Shown here: positions 9,621 to 23,143 of the stretch, piece by piece | Layout of the letters: each line of letters opens with the position of its first letter | How positions within the stretch are numbered: the stretch's first letter is position 1 | NCBI GenBank assembly: GCA_013265495.1 | Contig: MU058475.1 | Location: forward strand, 434,001-498,000 | Direction: 5' to 3' | Length of the DNA stretch: 64,000 nt | From: Vicugna vicugna | Taxonomy: Eukaryota | Notes under the pieces: model-generated | Seen by the model: the letters and a program-made list of their open reading frames with translations, nothing else | Database searches by the model: none | What the model was told of the DNA's origin: nothing | Position numbers and translations under genes: made by a program

Positions 9621-12600
9621 GTCTCTGGTGGAACATGGGGAGGAGGGGAAGAGATTAACCATAAGAGGATCTTTACCTTGTATTTACAGACTTTTCTATG
9701 TTGCTTTATTTTTGTCTTACAACAGGCATGTGGCTTTTTTATAATTTTTAAAAAACCCATAATTATGTTTTAGAAAAAAATAACTTCCTCATTTTGTGAG
9801 TGTGAAGGTAACAACATGTGGAGCCCTTACCACAAGCCTGGACGTTGGGGAAGTGTTTCATTAATGGTATTTATTACTGCTATGGCTATAAAATACAGAC
9901 ACTGCCTTCGTTCATGTTTCACTCCCTGAACTTCTTCATGTCTCTTGTGTAAATGTTACCTTCTTAGTGGAGCTTTCCATGGACTCCCTATCCAAATTGC
10001 TACCCCTTTCACCACACACACACAGCCCCCCCCACACGCACGTACTACACCTCTTCCCTATTTGACTTTGTCCTTAGAACGTCTCTGTCTCACAGGCTCT
10101 ACTATTTACTTGTCCTGTTTCCTCCTGCGAGAATATTAGCTCTAATTGGGCAGGGCGCTTGAGTCAACTTTGCTTAGCCCCTAGGAAAGGCCTGGCACGT
10201 CGGAGGCCCTCAACAAATATTAGTTAAATGATTAACAATGCCTGACCTTAGGATGCTTTTGCAAACATGGGATAAGGTCATCTACGTAGAGCAGGTGGAC
10301 CAGAGAAGCAGGAGAGCATGGTGATTCTTAACAACATGGCTCTGGCATTAGACTGCCCGTAGGTGAATGTGGGTGAACTACACTGGGCAAGTTCCTTAAT
10401 CTAAGTCCTTATCTTCCTTAACTATAAAATGGGGATTAAAAAGTCCAAGGGAACTTCTGTTTCTAGCCAAGGTAGAGCGACAGCAACCAGATTCCTCCCT
10501 CCACCCTCTCACCACCAACGAGGACAAAAATATATGAGATAATGGTGTTTAAGACACTGGTTCTCAGTCAATAAGGGGCAGTGATCCCTGAGAGATGGGA
10601 AACAAATGAGGAGAGCCCTGTGGTTGCCCAATTTAGAGCCGTGGAAGATGGAACATGGAGATGGAACCCAGACAGAGCCTGGTGGACATTCTGAGTTGAG
10701 GAGATGGAGTTGAGAGGAGGGGGAGACTGAGGTGGGCAGAGTTTCAGGGCAGAGAACCAGAGAGGAGAGAGAGCCACACAGAGGGAAAACCCTGAGAGGA
10801 CTTTGCAGAGGGTCTCCCTCAAGTATTCAGTAGGATGCTGATGAATAAGTAGTGGTCAGAACAGAGTACCAATCATGTACAGAAAATAAGTGAGGCAGAG
10901 AGGGAAAAGGCACCTGCGAGTTCAGTGGTAGGAGTGTCCATGTACTCCAGTCCTGCCTAGCAAATATTAAAAACAAGACCTGCAGGGATCAGACTATTTC
11001 CAAGTATCTTGCCTACATCCCAGAACACAGCTCAAAACTATTTCTAAAAATGAAAAATTTCCAGCACCCTACAAGGTAAAATTCACAGCATGTAGCATCC
11101 AGGAAAAGATTACCAAATACACAAAGAAGCAGGAAACTATGACCCAAACAAAAAGATAAATCAATCAAAACTGATCCAGAAGTGACACAGCTATTAGAAA
11201 TGGCAGATAAGGACACTAAAATAGTCATTATAATTTTATTTCATATGTTCAAAGAATTAAGTAGAGATATGAAAGCTATAAAAAAAATCAAATCAAACTT
11301 TGTTGTATTTTTCGACAAGCTAAATCCCGAGTACAAGAAAAATAAGAAAAATGACTCCTAGGTACATCATAATCAATTGCCAAAAACCAGAATAAAAAGA
11401 AAATCTTAAAAGCAGTTGAGTTATCAAACTAGAATTCCATACCCAACAAAAGTATCGTTCAACAATGAAAGCAAAATAGAGACTTTTTCAGAACGACAAA
11501 AGCGGAAAAAATTTACAACCAGCAGACCTGTATTACAAAAATATTAAAGGAGTCATTCAGGCTTAAAGACATAATGATTCTTAACAACATGGCTCTGGCA
11601 TTGGGCTGCCCGTATGTAAATGTGGATTCACTGGTTACAAGCTGAGCTGCTCTGGACAAATTCTGTGATCTCTTACGGAGATCTAAATAGAAATATGGAA
11701 CTACATAAAGGATTGAATTGCAGTGGAAATGGTAATATGAGTAATGACATGAGAATTTAAAATTACTTAAATATCTTTAAAAGATAATTGATTGTTCAAA
11801 AAACAATGACTGCAGCATGGGGTTTAAAACATATGGCAAAGTAAAATGTATGACAATAATAGCATAAAAATTAGGGAGGGAAATATGGAAAAATATTGCT
11901 TCCTATAAGATACTTATATTATAGGTAAAGTAAACAATATGACTTGAAGTTAAAGTGTAATAAGTTAGAAATGTATACTTTAAACTCTAAACTGACCACT
12001 AAAATAAAACAAAGAATTAATAAGCCAAAAAGGAACTAAAAAGGAATAATAAAGGTATTCAATGAATTCAAAGGAAGGCAGAAAAAGAGAAAAAGAGGAA
12101 CAAAGAACCAATGGGCCAAATAGAAGACAAATAGCAAGATGATAGATTTAAAGCCAACCATATAAATAGTTACATTAAATATAATGCAAATATTCTAACA
12201 TCTCAATTAAAAGGTAGAGATTATCAAAATGATCCAACTGTATGCTGCTTACAAGAAACTCACTTCAAATATTAATACACAATTAGGTTAAAAGGATAGA
12301 AAAAGATAAATGGTGCTTACACTGATGGAAAGAAAGCTAGACTGCTTATATCAGTACCACACAAGTAGATTTCAGAGGAAATAGTATTATCAGGGATAAA
12401 AGGGTTGTTTCATAATGAGAGAGGAATCAATTCATCAAGAGGAAATAAAAATACTGAATGTGCATGCACCTAATAAAAGAGCTTCAAAATACATGAGTCA
12501 GAGATTGATAGAACTACCAGGAGAAAGAGAGAAATTCACAATGATAGATTCCAGCATCCCATTCTTGATAATTGATAGAACTAGTAAAGAGCAAATTAGT

Positions 12601-13033
12601 GAGGATATAGAAGATTTAAACAACACTATTCAACCAACTTGACCTAACTGATATTTGTATAACATTCCATCCAAGAACAGCAGAATACATATACTTTTCA
12701 GATGCACACAGAACATTGACCAAGATAGATAAATGGGCCAGAAAACAAATTTCAATAAATGTAAAAGGATTTTCATACAAAAGGATTTTCTGACCGCAGT
12801 AGAATTAAAACATCAATCGATAATTGATTGAAGATCACTGGCAAATCTCCAAATATTTGGAAACTAAACAACATACTTCTAAAAATCCCAGGGGTCGAAG
12901 AAGAAATCATGGGAGAAATTAGGAAATATTTTGAACTGCATAAAAATGAAAGCACAACATATCCAAATGTGTGGGATACCGCTAAACATAACTGGGAAGG
13001 AATTTTATTGCACTAATCTAAACTATTAGAAGC

Positions 13034-13185
13034 AGGGAGGGTATAGCTCAGTGGTAGAGTGTGTGCTTGATGTGTACAAAGTCCTGGGTTCAATCTCCAG
13101 TACCTTCATTTATAAACAAACAAACAAACAAACAAACAAACCTAATTACCTCCCCCCACCAAAACAAAAAAATACAATAAAATAA
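13034..13185 (+). mobile_element. Vic-1-like SINE inside L1
   Basis: gggagggtatagctcagtggtagag, (aaac)n, TSD tattagaag. Confidence 0.9.
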
Positions 13186-13505
13186 AGTATTAGAAGAGAT
13201 GAAAGATCTCAAACCAATGACTTGTGATTTCACATTTACATTAAACTAGAGGGAGAAAAAGCAAATTAAGCACAGAGTAGTAGAAGAAAGGAAACAATAA
13301 ACATTAAGACTGGAAATCAATGAAATAGAAAACAGATAAGCAATAGAGAAAAAAACAAAGCTAATTCTTTAAGATCAATAAAATTGATAAATCTCAAGCC
13401 AGACTGATCAGGAAAAATGAAAGTGGAGACATAAATATCAGGACTGAGAGGGGTGACATTCCTGTAGATTGCACAGATAGCAGAAGGATAATAAGGGATT
13501 GTTAT

Positions 13506-13950
13506 TGTGTTCAGTTCCTAGGGCTGCCAGAAAAAACTGCCACACCCCTGGATGGCTTAAAACAACAGAAACGTATTCTCTCATGGAAAGTTCTGGAGGC
13601 TGGAAGTCCAAAATCAAGGTGTTAGCAGGGACGTTTTCCCTCTGAGACTGAGTAGAACCCTTCTTTGCCTTTTTAGCTGCCAGTGGGGGCTAGGAGATGC
13701 TTGGCATCCGTGGACTTGCAGTTTCACCCCTGCAGCCGAGTCATCATGTGATGTTTTCCCTGTGCCTCTGTATCCAAATTTCCTTCTTCTTCTAAGGACA
13801 TGAGTGGTATTAGATTTAGGGATCACCCCAATCCAATATGATGTCTTCTTAATTAATTATGTTTGCCAAGAATGCCATTTCCAACCAAGGGCACATTCTG
13901 AGGTTTCAGTGGACATGAATTTGGGGGGGAACACTATTCAACCCAGTACA
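13506..13950 (-). mobile_element. MaLR solo LTR (MLT1 family) inside L1
   Basis: tgtgttcagttcctagggctgcc...aaaacaacagaaa...ttctggaggctggaagtccaaaatcaagg...acactattcaacccagtaca. Confidence 0.9.
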
Positions 13951-15937
13951 ATCATGAACAACCTTATGCTAAATGATTCAACAACTTAGATGAAATGATC
14001 AAATTCATTAAAAAAAAAACACACAAACTATCAAACGTCACTGAAGAAGAAATAGATCACTTGAGCAGCCCTATATTTAGTAAAGAAATTAAAGTTGTAG
14101 TTTGACATCCCCACCCCCCAAAAAAACAGAACAACAACAACAAAAAACCCAAACAAGCAAAAACCCCTCCAGGACCAGATGGTTCACTGGTAAATCCTAC
14201 CAAACATTTAAGGAAGAAATAATACCAATTATTCTACAGATTCTTCCAGAACACCAATTCTATAAATTAAAGAGGAAAGAATTCTTTCTCCACTCATTCT
14301 GCAAATCCAGTCTTGATACGAAGCCCTAATACCAAAATCAGGCAAGGAAAACTACAGACAAACATCTCTCATGGATACAGATGCAAATTGCTCAAGGAAA
14401 TCCTAGTTAATTGACTCCAAAATATCTAGAAAAGATAAGTCATCAATCTGATCATGGGGATTATCCCAGGAGTGTAAAATTAATGTAATATTTGAAAATC
14501 AATACATATAATTCACCTTACTAGCAAACTTTAAAAGAAAAACTACATGGAAATACCAAGAATCTTAACTAGCCTAAACAAAGTTGACAGAGGAGAACAA
14601 AATTGGTATTGGTGTGAAGACAGACAAATAGACTAGTGGACTGGAATAGAGAACCCAGAAATAGATCCACACATAATAAACTGATTTTTGATCAAAATAC
14701 AATGACAACCCAGTAAAGTGCAGTCTTTTCAACAAATAGTGCTAGAACAGTGGATACACATATGCAAAAAAAAAACCCTCAACCATATTTTATACTATGT
14801 ATAAAAGTTAATTCAAAATGCCTTATAAACCTAAATGTTAAAACTATAGTATAAAAATTCTAGACGACAATAGAGAAGAAGCTGTTGATACCTCAGGTAA
14901 GGCAAAGATAATTTTAGATGTGACACCAAAAACACAATACATGAAAGAACAAATTAATAAACTGGACTTCATCAAAATCAAAAACTTCTGTTCTTCAAAA
15001 GACATCATGGACCGGAACAAAATATTTGCAAATCATATATGTGATAAAGGACTATGCCGAATATGTTAAGGATTCTCAAAACTCAATAATCGGAAAACAG
15101 ACAACCTAAGACTTGAATGGGCAACAAATTGTAATAGACACTTCACTGAAGAAGATACACATGTGGCAAAGGGAAAAGATGCTCAGCATCGTTAGGACAT
15201 TAGGAAAATGCAAATTAGAACCACAGTGACGTCCCACCACACACCTTTAAAGACTGCACAAGTGTTGGTAGATGTGCAGGACCTAGGACTCTCACACCCT
15301 GCTGTTGGAAATGTAATGTACACCCAACTTGGAAAAGAATTTTGCAGGTTTTCGAAGATTCAACACACACCTACCATAGGATCCAGCCATTCTCCTCCTA
15401 GGCATTCACTCAAGAGAAATGCATATGTTCACATAGAGATGTGCCCCCCAAAAGTTCTCAGCAGCTTTGTTTAGAATCACCCCAAACTGGAAACAATCCA
15501 AATGTCCACCAACAGATGAGAAGACGAAGTATTTAACTGAATACTCTTCAGCAATGAACAGGAATGAGATATGATCCCAATTTTGTAAAACTATGTAAAA
15601 TTTCAGAAAATGCAAATTAATGTGTCGTGACAGAAAGCAGACCAGTGGGTCCCTGGGGTTGGGAGAGGGGTGAGGAAAGGGCAGGGAGGGGTGAGAGTGG
15701 GAGGCAGATTGTCAAGGGGCATGAGAAATCTTGAGAAAGGTAGATGAGCTCATGGTCTTGATTGCTGTGATGGTTACACAGGAATTTGCGTGGATGAAGA
15801 CAATAAATTATATTAGTTAAATACATGCAGTTTAATTTATATACCTCAGTTAAGCTATTTTTTAAAGTCTCAGAACCTTAACCACAGGATTATTATGAGC
15901 AATACACATTATTATATATATATGTAATTTCTAGCAC

Positions 15938-16178
15938 TTTTTTTTTATTGAAGTACAGTCGGTTACAATGTGTCGATGGCTGGTGCACAGCACAATGTCC
16001 CAGTCATGCATATACATACATATATTCATTCTCATATTTTGTCCATTAAAGGTTATTACAAGATACTGAACATAGTTCCTTGTGCTATACAAAAGAAACT
16101 TTTATTTTAAATCTATTCTTATATATAGTGGCTAACATTTGTAAATCTCAAACTCTCAAATTTATCCCATCCTACCTG
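15938..16178 (-). mobile_element. 5'-truncated lineage-specific L1 3' end
   Basis: Reverse complement of the 9031-9330 type; TSD ttctagcac / ttctaacac. Confidence 0.85.
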
Positions 16179-16289
16179 CTTCTAACACATATTTTTTAAA
16201 TGCTAATTACTAGGTCGTTAGACAGTAAATATTGGGGTTTTCCCCCATCTTTCTATTTATTTACCTATTTGAAGAGGGGATTAATGAAC

Positions 16290-16702
16290 ATCATGTAAAT
16301 TGCATGGATGTTAAGGTGTTAAGCTTGATACATTTTTGCATGTGTTTCCAGAACCCCAAGAAGTTCCTTCATGCCCCCTCCCAGTGAATACTCCCCCCAA
16401 TGCAACCATTAGCCTGACATCTCTCACCACAGATGAATTTTGCTGTTTCTGAGCCTCAAATAAGTGGAATCACAGCGTGCACTTATGTCAACTTCCCTTC
16501 ACTCAGCATCTCGGCTGTGAGAGTCATCCGTGTCACTACATGCAGCCATCGTTAAACCTTTTCCCTTGCTTTCTCGTATTCCACTGGGTATGAATAGTCC
16601 ATGGTTCACTTATCAAATCTACCGCTGGAGGACATTTAGGCTATTTCTAGTTTGTCGCCATTGCACTGCTATGAAGACTCTCATACATGTCTTTTGGTGG
16701 AT
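16290..16702 (-). mobile_element. Old L1 (L1ME-like) 3' fragment
   Basis: taagtggaatcacagc...ggacatttaggctatttctagttt...catgtcttttggtgg. Confidence 0.7.
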
Positions 16703-18049
16703 AAGCCTGGACCCTGCTCCCCACCCTAGTTGCAAGGGAGGCTGAGAAAGAAAGTGGTTCACATTTTCAAGGTGGGCTCTGTTTCTCCCCAAGACCCACT
16801 AAGTGAGGAATCCCTCAACTCCAGGAAGGGGGTTCAGATGCTGGGCAGCCAGAAAGAATGGCAGATGTTCCCTATCCATTCCTTGGCGGCTCATCACAGC
16901 AGAGTTTATAAGTAGCAATCACTGGAAGGACCCACATTCTGCTAACAATCTGTCTACTCCCCCCACAAAAAAAAAAAAGTCAGTGGATCCAAATCCTGAG
17001 CTCTACCAAATCCACCTGCCGCAGAGTTGCCTCCACTTGGATTCCGTGGGGCTTTGTCTCAAACTCTGCCTCTTGAAAAAAGAAAGAGCCTTAAGGCCCA
17101 TTAAGTATGGAATTAATGTATCTTGTATCCCTCCACTGGAGACGCACAGCCTACATGAGCTTATTAGGGATTCAGAGGAGTCCCCTAGTAACGTAACCTG
17201 TTTAACGCTAGCATCTCCAGAACTCGTTTTCAGGCTACAGCCAGAGCTTTCTGCTGAGGTAGTGCTTCGGGGAACACAGGTTAGGAAACAGTTCTTCTGT
17301 GATCTTGGAAACCCTTTCCCCTGCCCCTCTTCAGACTTCTTTCTTAACCCGTAACAGCCAGACCATCTCACCCACCTGCTGTGCAGAGGCCAGCCCACGG
17401 GTGGAAAGGGCAGAATTCAGGAAAGACTTTGCCCTCTTCCCAGTGCTTGGCATCTGAAGACCTACGTTCAAGGATGGATCTGCTTTAAAAAGCACAGCTT
17501 TCACTCGTGGAGTGTTTCATAAGTCAGTATTTTTTGATAGGGAAGCAAGTGAAATCTCAGCTCTGTAGTTCTGAGACACTGTCGCCAGCAGAGAGGAAAG
17601 AATGGAGAGAGACAAGATTTGGAAAGAGAGCTCAGGGAGGGGGTAAGCAAAGCGCCCATCCCAGGTAGAGACGCAGCCACAACAAAGAGGACCAGTGATT
17701 CTGGCACTTTGATCGAAGGTGCTGGGACCTGGGGCGAGAAAATCAGGTCTGCGTAGGAACTTACTTGCGGTGGGGCTGAAGAATTCTGCTCAGCAGTGCA
17801 TTTGCCATTGACCCAAGACACTGAAGCATCACAGCCCGCTCTTGCCCTGCCCTCTTCCAAGACGGGATGTAATTTTACAGTTCTCTGCAGTGCATTCTTC
17901 TTCTTATAGAAGACACAAATTTTGGTTCCCCCCAGTCTCTGGGTATTTGTACTGAAGATATTATTTTCTTGAGAATATCTTTCTTATATGCCTTTTCCTT
18001 TTTCTCCTTCCCTCTCTGACCTTGAGTTCATCTCCATTAAGGCAAATGC

Positions 18050-18182
18050 TTTTGTGTTTCATCGTGTACGTGCACACGTGCATTTGTGTATGCACGTGCA
18101 TGTGTGCAGGCAGACTGCTCACGTACGCATTTGTGTGTGCATGCACGTGTGTGGGGACATGCGTGGCCATGCATGTGTGCAC
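18050..18182. repeat. Degenerate alternating purine-pyrimidine (TG/CA) tract
   Basis: gtgtacgtgcacacgtgcatttgtgtatgcacgtgcatgtgtg. Confidence 0.8.
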
Positions 18183-19744
18183 CAGGAACACTAGAGGGTT
18201 TGTGTTTTCACTGAAACTGCACACAGTTTTGGGACTTCACCTTGTTGCTCTGAATGCATTTTCTTCCAATTCAATAAAGGCCAGCCATGGGGCACAGGGG
18301 TCTCAGCCCATTTCTACAAACTCATTTCCATCTCACTGAAAGTGACTCTAAACAGAATTAAGGCACCATTTTCCCCCAGCTCCCTGAACATTCTTCTCCC
18401 TCCAGATAATGTCTTGGAAATGGCCCAGAAGTTAGTGGAGTCATAAAGGAAACAGGATCCCTGGCATGGGCACATTCCAAAGATGCCTACGTAGATTTAT
18501 CATCTCAAGGGAAAGAAAAAAAAGAAAGCAAGTCTGGCTTCCACAGCCCCCTCCCTCCCGGTCCCAAGCCCCGCTGCGGAAGGTGCACGCACGTCTGCGG
18601 TGAATCCTGGACCAACCCCAGCGGCCCGGTGCCCTCGCCCCGGGAAAGCTCAGGGTCCCGGCAGCACACTCATCTGGGGCAACATTTGAAATAAGGTTTC
18701 CTCTCACAGCAAATGTCACCTGGCATTTCTGGTCCGCTGAAATACGCTTCATCCCAGGATATCTTTTAGCCAAGTGGAGTGTATTTTGAGGGCTGACTAA
18801 GGGTGTTTCAAAATGGTAAATGAAAGTGTATTTGTGTTTGGAGGTGCCTCTCAGCCCGCTGTTGCCGGGGTAATGGACGCCTTCAGCCTCGAAAATCAGG
18901 ATGAACTCGGCGGTGTCTCTTGTTCAGTCACCTCTGCAAAGTCTAGACGGGGCAAGGCTGGCTGCGGGGAAGACAGAGTTGGGAGGGCGGGGCCAAGAGG
19001 GGGGCAAGGGGCTCCCCGTTATTTATTCATTTTCGCTACCACCCAAAAGGGTTTGGAGAGGCTTCCTGGAAAATGTAGCAGATTTTGCAAAACTAAAGGA
19101 GTTAAATTATCCCCACATCTTCAATAGGGAAAGGTACCAAAAATAACAGTAAATTTCAGCTCTGAGCTTCCAGAAATTCTAGGGGGAGAGGGAAGCATCG
19201 TGTGTCAGATCATTTTCTCTGCATCCTAGGACGTCACCGTGGGAGCAAGGAGCCCTGAGCGGCCGGCACCATTCTCAGAACTTTTAAATTCCTGCTCAGT
19301 GTGTGTGGACTGAATAGATGAGCCAAGGAAGCCTGCAGGTTTTGCCTGTGGGGAGCCGGCCAAAATTGTTGTTTATGGCTGGTGAGCAAAGCAATGTCTG
19401 GAACCCTCCCTGCTTGCAGGAATTTTAACTTGTATGACTTCTTTAAAAAAAAAAAAACAAACCTTTTTTTAAAACTTATGAAATAGAACACAGAAAAAGA
19501 AAAGTCCACAAAACATATGCAGACAGTTTAATTAATAAATAAAAAGCAAACACTTGTAACCAGCAACCCAGTGAAGAAACAGAATCTTACTACACCACAC
19601 CCCATGTGTCCTGCCCCTCCAGAGGTAACTCAGTATTTTATTTAGCTCAATAATTTCCTCGCTTTTCTTTTTTTAGTTTTGCCACCTATGTATTTAAAAC
19701 CTAACAATTATGGTTCTATTTTTGAACATTGCATTGATGTATTC

Positions 19745-19905
19745 TTTTTACATTTTTTTCTTTAGTTAGTTATCGGAGGGGGAGGTAATTAGACTTGTTT
19801 GTTTGTTTATTTGTTTATTTTTTTAGTGGAGGGGCTGGGGATTGAACCCAAGACCTCACGTATGCTGAGCATGCGCTCTGCCACTGAGCTCTACCCGCCC
19901 CCACC
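19745..19905 (-). mobile_element. Vic-1-like SINE (within an old L1 fragment, about 19480-20070)
   Basis: ggaggtaattag...ctggggattgaaccc...ccactgagctctaccc. Confidence 0.9.
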
Positions 19906-20828
19906 CCAATGGATTCTTTTGTGTCCTCATTCTTTTGCTCAACGTCAAGTCTGCGAGGCTCTGCCATGTTTTCACAGCCGTCGTTTGGCCATATTGTTCC
20001 TACGTTGTGTGACCCACACTTAATCCATACATCCTCTTGTTGAAGGACATTGGGGCTTTGTCCCAGTCTTTGGCCGCCTGCCTGGGTTTCCAAGCCAATT
20101 CTGAGCTCTCACTGCTCGCTGACACTTACTTGCTCAGGCTCTCTTGGCCACCAGATCAGAGCTGCTCCGTGGAAGACACAGTTGGTTTCTGCCCAGCAAC
20201 AATAGGGCTCTCCTGAGGCTCTGTCTCCCAGCGCATCCCTCGATCCCTGTGTTCTTGGTACCAGTGACTATCCTGTGACCCCATATCTGGACTGTCTTGC
20301 TGGCTCTGACACTTCAGCTTTGACTCACATTTTACTCAGTTTTCTTATTCTGGTGTCCTCTCTGCTCTCTGCCTCCTAGCTCCTAGGCTAATGCCATCGC
20401 CCACCCTATAGCCGTGGCCAGGCCTGGCTTCCCATAACGAGACAGGGAATTAAAACCCCTTGTCTGTCACTGTCCTTTCCCCAACCTCTGCTCTCTGCCT
20501 GGGCTCTCTGGATCCAACAGGTGTATTGATTTTGAGGATGTGAACTGAAAAATGATCAATTGATTAGCCTCAGTAAATTCCAAAGTTAGAAGATAATAAA
20601 CGGAAAGCGTTCCCACTATTTCATGCAGCCACCATCTCTTAATCGTTTCATTAAGCAAGTTACAATTTCTGTCTTATCTCTCATCAAAATTGAGTAACAA
20701 AGGAAATTAGGTGCATCAATTTAATCAGCCAACATCATTGTGCACTTTGTGTGTCCCAGACTCCTTTGTTAAGTGCTTTGAATTTAATAGTAAGATGAAG
20801 AAAAACAAGACAGGAAGTGTAGATTTGA

Positions 20829-20978
20829 AGCATCCATTGGGTGGACTGGCTGCTTCTGCAGAGGTCCAGCAGGGACTTTTGAATTGCAGTCAGTCCCTGG
20901 ACTGTAAGGATGGCAATAGAATTCGTATTTGGAGCATCCATTGGGTGGACTGGCTGCTTCTGCAGAGGTCCAGCAGGG
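20829..20978. repeat. 46-bp perfect direct repeat (20829-20874, 20933-20978) with 58-bp spacer
   Basis: agcatccattgggtggactggctgcttctgcagaggtccagcaggg occurs twice. Confidence 0.95.
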
Positions 20979-21329
20979 GGCGCTTGGCAGAGGTGCAGAG
21001 CAGCTCAGCATGCTCTACAGAGTCCTAGTGGGAGCGCAGCGCGGTGATGGGAAGAGATCACAGTGTCTGGAGCACCAGGGGAGGGAGAGTTTAAAGGGGA
21101 GACTCTTGTTTGGGCTGGAGCGGATCCCAGGAAGCATGGCCGCCAGCCAGAATCAAGAAGATTGATGACCACAGGAAAACTCCCGGAGACACAGCAAGGT
21201 GGAGGACACCAGGAGCATCGGTATTTGATCTTGAGAGGTTAGGTCTTCTGCAGCTTTCTGTTCCTAGGTTTTTTTTTAACCCAGTGTTACCCTCGATCTT
21301 TAATATAGTTCCATGGGCCGCTAAGGCTT

Positions 21330-22530
21330 ATTGGTGGCTGGGCTGTGCAGAGTCGGAGACTAGGGGCGGTGTAGGGGGACAAGGGAGAGGACAGCGGGGC
21401 CACCGGTACAGACTCACCCAGAGCAGCAGCTGGTGCGGGAGGGAGAATGTGGAACATCGGGGGCCAGCTTTCCTCCCTGCAGACACAGCGGGGGCTGGGC
21501 CACAGCTGTCTGACTCAGGAGTGCGGAGAACTTGGGCTTCTGGGCTGAACAGCAAGGAATACGGCGGTGGCCCTGCCCTCAGGAGTTGGGAATCCAGGCA
21601 GAGACACCGATCTGTAAACAGGCAGAGAACAGCGTGCTGGGTGGTTTGCTGCTTCCTGGAGCAGGGAGGACCTGGAGGAAGCAAGGCTGCGGCAGGGGCG
21701 TGCAGAGGGGCTGTGAGCCATCCGGGGTGCCAGGCTGCGTGCGGAACAGCAGCAGCAGCAGAAGGGAGCGAACGATCAGCCTGCAAGTGCGGAGGCACCA
21801 GCCCTCTCCTTCCCCAGCTTCCGTGCGCTGCCTTCCTTTCCTTGCTGGGCTCCGCGGCTCCCGACGGCGCTTCCGCAGAGGATGAGGATGCGCGCAGGAA
21901 ACGCACCTCGAATCCCTCAGATCCGCGCCCGTGTGCAGCTCGAGTAAGAGACTGAACGGGGCAACACCTCAGCCCGTGAGACGCTTCTGGATCAGCAGCG
22001 GAGCCATGTGACCGGATGGCCGCGCGGCCGCTGCGCGCCCTGGGCTGCGACACGCAGTCGCCACCCCGCAGGGCCGAGCTCTCCGGGCTGGAGCTTCCAG
22101 GTCCTCGCCCTTTGCTGCCCCGGAGGACGCCTGCTTTAAGGCCCCTGACTCGGCTCCGACCTGCTCACCCACTGGGCTCAGACCTGCGCACCGTCTGCTG
22201 CGCCAGTTACCCGCCTGGTGCTCCGTGACGGCTGCTCAAACCCTCCCCTCCGGGATCGGCACGTGGTTTCCAGCCGCCGCGATCACTCGTGCTTGTGTCG
22301 CTTCCTTGAGAGACTGAGTCTCCCCTTCCCCGTGGGCTGGGCCCTGCCGTAATTGAGGCACTTTTGAAAGGAGAGGACAGGGAAGTACGTTGTCTGGGTC
22401 ATCATACTTTGAAAGAAAACGAATGGAGCCCTTGAAGTTCTCAGCCCGCTCCACGCGGCGTCGGGGAGTCAGGAGGCCCGAATTCCCGAGCATGCGCTGT
22501 TAGAAATTAGCGTTTTCATTTTGGACACGT
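21330..22530. promoter_or_regulatory. CpG island-like region
   Basis: High GC and dense CpG (e.g. ggccgcgcggccgctgcgcg); GC box ggggcgg near 21363; NRF1-like gcatgcgc near 22490. Confidence 0.65.
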
Positions 22531-22962
22531 GGCCTCATCTTTGATTTAATGTTCCCATTTATAAACTAGAGATAGTAGTGTAGTTCCCATCCTCTCTTTT
22601 CCTAAAAGGGTGTTAAAATCCAAACTTTTGGTCAACTTCAGCTCCCCCCACAAACTCCCCAGTTCTTGACATATGAATGTCTGACAGCGAGGCTATGACT
22701 CTCCCAGGCACCAGCTTGATGTCCGTCTTTGGCTCTTTCTCATCTCCTGTTACCCAAGTTGTCAGCCTCTAAGCCCTGCCCATGCCTTCACTGTGTGACC
22801 TCCTGCTGTTCTGTCCCAGGGACACCAGCTACACTCACTCCTGGGCTATTCCTGCTCTTGCTCCTGCTCTCTAACTGGTCACCTCCGCAGGGGTTCTCTG
22901 CCAACCACGTTACAGACTGTCATCTCCCTAAAGTGTCCTTATCCACAGATTGCCCCCCTATA

Positions 22963-23143
22963 CCAGTGATTTTCACCTGGGGAGATTCCGCCCCTGGTGA
23001 CATGTGGCAATGCCTGGGGACATTTGTGAATGTCACAACCGGGGTGCTATAGGTCAGGGATGCTGCTTAACTTCCTGCAGTCTTCCCCTCAACAAAGAAT
23101 TATCCAGCCCCAGATGTCAGTAGGGCAAATTTGAGGAACCCTG
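22963..23143. mobile_element. MER20 (hAT-Charlie) fossil
   Basis: cagtgattttcacctgggg...tggcaatgcctggggacatt...cagggatgctgct...aaagaattatccagccc...tgaggaaccctg. Confidence 0.85.

Larger units (their letters stand above)
10452..15865 (+). mobile_element. Old internally deleted L1 (L1MC/MD-like): 5'UTR, ORF1 and ORF2 remnants, 3'UTR; hosts nested insertions
   Basis: ORFs 12415..12642 (SIHQEEIKILNVHAPNKRASKYM), 12828..13016 and 14102..14329 (FTGKSYQTFKEEIIPI); 3'UTR motif aaactggaaacaatccaaatgtcc. Confidence 0.9.

Noticed and set aside
20829..20978. CRISPR-like repeat-spacer-repeat
   Set aside because: Only two units, mammalian context and no cas genes
21110..22053. 281-aa (+) and 241-aa (-) overlapping ORFs
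   Set aside because: Non-ATG starts, GC-rich stop-poor DNA and no recognisable domain
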